Positions 36,109-64,000 of a DNA stretch of 64,000 nt are shown piece after piece; position 1 is the stretch's first letter; every line of letters starts with the position of its first letter. A program made the position numbers and the translations under genes. Origin of the DNA: Phoronis australis (lineage: Eukaryota > Animalia > Phoronida). The DNA is taken from assembly GCA_002633005.1 (NCBI GenBank), contig NMRA01000195.1, positions 413,628 through 477,627 of the forward strand, given 5' to 3'. The notes under the pieces are model-generated. The model had not been told where the DNA came from. It saw only the letters and a program-made list of their open reading frames with translations, and searched no databases.

Positions 36109-36516
36109 CTCCACGCACCGTAAGTCCAGTAATAGATTATTGATTCTTAGTTTATCAGGAATTTTGAATCAGATAAAAGGTACCCTTCTTAAAACATGAA
36201 CCACAACAACGACTTTCACAGATGACGCTGCGTTGGGGAGGGATTAAATACGTCTGCTGTTGGTGCAGTTTTGCGCGGTTAAGAGAAATTGAAGCGAATT
36301 ACCTAGTTAATCTTGCTACCCACAACAGAGTGCTAGATAACACAAACAAAGTTAATTATGGTTGTACATAAACTGAGGTAGAGCCTTCAAGTTTAGACAG
36401 TGGGAAGAGACGAGTTAAATATGTTCTACAGTGGCCTTTACTACTTCTTAGCCAGTGCTACGAGCCATAGACTCTCCTAGAGATGGTGTAATATAATCAG
36501 CGCTAGCTGACACNNN

Positions 36517-36748
36517 GAGGCTCGAATCAGACACGCTCATTTGGCGGAGTGGAAAAAAGGTCCGCCTCAGAGAACAAAAAAATCCGGAAGAATTAGGAAT
36601 CGAGACAAAAGTCCACTAAAAGGCAGGAGGTACCCAAATTTGGCGAATGCACAATTCATGGCTCTAAACATACCCCGTGAGTCTTAGTAAAAGGTTCACA
36701 TTCTCAAAAATTCGAGCCCCCTCATTTTAAGGTTGGGTGTGCGCAATG
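36517..36748 (+). mobile_element. MITE, CATGCGCGCACCC family (left end lost in an nnn gap)
   Basis: aaaaaggtccgcctcagag...aaaagtccactaaaa...ttcgagccccc...ggttgggtgtgcgcaatg, matching the 28655 copy. Confidence 0.72.
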
Positions 36749-36815
36749 TTTTCTGTCATTGGACGTAGCGTGGACTGCACAGCAGAAACCCCTCCATGCA
36801 CGATTGAAGTCACTT

Positions 36816-62407
<25,592 letters not shown>

Positions 62408-62434
62408 CTAATAAAATACAAGAATGTGCGTTTA

Positions 62435-62614
62435 TAAAAAACGGGGTACGTTCACAGCTGTGAATCTGTGAAATGTGCATTCGCCAAATGAACTTTGGTC
62501 TCGTTTTTTACTTTTTTTCGGACTTTTTGTTTCTCTGAGGCGGACCTTTTTGCCCACTTCGCCAAATAGGGGGGCTCGTTTGAGCCCTTCGAGTTCCCCC
62601 TGGGTGCGCGCATG
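62435..62614 (-). mobile_element. MITE, CATGCGCGCACCC family (partial)
   Basis: aaaaaacggggtac...ctttttgtttctctgaggcggacctttttg...ctgggtgcgcgcatg, similar to the 1607-1879 copy. Confidence 0.78.
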
Positions 62615-62639
62615 ACGATGTCTTTAAGAATTAAACATC

Positions 62640-62776
62640 CACACTACTACTTCCACTGCTGCTGCTGCTGATTCTGCTACCAGGAAGGCAGTACTTTGCT
62701 GCTACTGCTGCTGGGGCTAGTGCTGCTGCTGGTGGTCTGCTGCTGCTAGTATGATGATGATGATGTCCGAAACATG

Positions 62777-62813
<37 letters not shown>

Positions 62814-62863
62814 TAATAAGGATAATGACAATAATAATAGTAATAATAATAATAATAATGATA

Positions 62864-62901
<38 letters not shown>

Positions 62902-63001
62902 AATGATGATGATGATGATGATAATGATAATGGTGATGACAATAATAATAATAATAATGATGGTGACAATAATAATAATAGTAATAATAATGATAATGAT
63001 G

Positions 63002-63036
<35 letters not shown>

Positions 63037-63040
63037 GATG

Positions 63041-63072
<32 letters not shown>

Positions 63073-63157
63073 GATGATGATAATAATAATAATGATAATG
63101 ATAATGATGATAATAATAATAATGATAATAATAATGATAATAATAATAATAATAAAA
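62640..63157. repeat. Compound trinucleotide microsatellite: (CTG/CTA)n then (AAT/GAT)n
   Basis: Seen directly; the poly-I/M/S ORFs here are artefacts. Confidence 0.95.
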
Positions 63158-64000
63158 TAAAGATGAAGATTTACTACAATACTAAGGAATAAAATGACCA
63201 CCAACCTTGTGGAAGACTGAACTTTAACGAAAAAACTAAAAATGTTCCCCCTATTTCTACTTCCTGTCCTACATGTAAGTTCGGTACATACGTGGACCTA
63301 CTATCCCTGCACGCTTGTTTTAAGAAGCATTAAAATGAAACGTTACAAATTGAACGTTATTTATGAGTAACAGTCAATTCAAGAAAGAATTTAAAGACTC
63401 TGAATGTTTGGAAAAAACAACGGGGACTAATGTAGCCGCATGAAATATCCTTCAGGTATAACACTTAAAAACTTAATAGATTACACTCGTAGTTAACGAA
63501 TAAAAACGTGATGCTGACATGACAAGCCCACTAAGATTGCAAACGCATTTTTGGCAAGAATGAAAACTAAACTAATGATGCGCTTAGACATTCCAGACGC
63601 GTGGAACAGGGCTGGCCGGAAGCTTTCTGGGGTCTCAAATAAAAATGACTTGGGGACTATTGTAACTCCCGAGAATTTTTTGGATATGCGTGGATGTTAA
63701 TCTAGCACGAGCAATGTGTTCCAAAACCTACTTCAAACTGAAATAAACTATATTTACAATATAATATGGGTGGTCTTATGTTTTGCTAATTTCACTCGAC
63801 TATAAATTCGAAGTGCCACGTCTTCTTTTTTCGTAGAAAGCATGGAATTGATAAACACGTTGCCTGTTTGTAAGTAACTATTTACAACTAATTACTTGTA
63901 ACTTAAGCAAGTTGTCTGTTTGTTCACTTAATGACAGTTGATTCAGCAAACTAAGTAAGCAAAAATGAGAATACTTGTTTTGTGTGCTTTTTTCATCTCT

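Larger units (their letters stand above)
35715..36147 (+). mobile_element. 5'-truncated Penelope-like retroelement with inverted pseudo-LTR
   Basis: ~175-bp near-perfect inverted repeat (35756-35930 vs 35976-36149). The central sequence encodes RIENPSLNRQGG/(1-bp frameshift)RFHLPRTWDRAL, like Penelope GIY-YIG C-termini. Penelope-type tail ctggatgactgaaaacattca on -. Flanking direct repeat tagtttatcaggaat (35700-35714 / 36148-36162). Confidence 0.82.

Noticed and set aside
62631-63204. Poly-Ile/Met/Ser/Leu ORFs
   Set aside because: Translation of a trinucleotide microsatellite.

Overview
Eukaryotic, AT-rich, intron- and repeat-rich animal DNA that looks like a marine invertebrate (taxon not determinable from the sequence). 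Two convergent spliced genes dominate. (1) A complete 9-exon TINAGL1/tubulointerstitial-nephritis-antigen-like gene lies on + (3875-30359, 473 aa by my exon join): signal peptide, SMB-like and vWC-like Cys-rich regions, and a cathepsin-B-like C1A domain with the catalytic Cys replaced by Ser. (2) The last 12 coding exons of a receptor-type guanylyl cyclase lie on - (62407 down to 36816): pseudokinase, coiled coil and an intact GC catalytic domain; its 5' part is outside the window. Introns and the intergenic spacer hold many non-autonomous DNA transposons (TTAA/Kolobok-like, several CA..TG families with apparent 5-bp TSDs, and a TAG-ended element with a 9-bp TSD), decayed LINEs, microsatellites, assembly gaps and three n-joined tandem duplications that are probably artefacts. 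The most unusual items are an intronless ubiquitin-specific protease (USP) His-box fragment lying antisense among LINE 3' remnants, a truncated Penelope-like insertion forming a long hairpin with two minimal hammerhead motifs that share a core mutation, a foldback element with a 21-bp-phased TATCGATA array, and a dimeric mini-MITE found at two loci. All calls are by eye; no searches were run.
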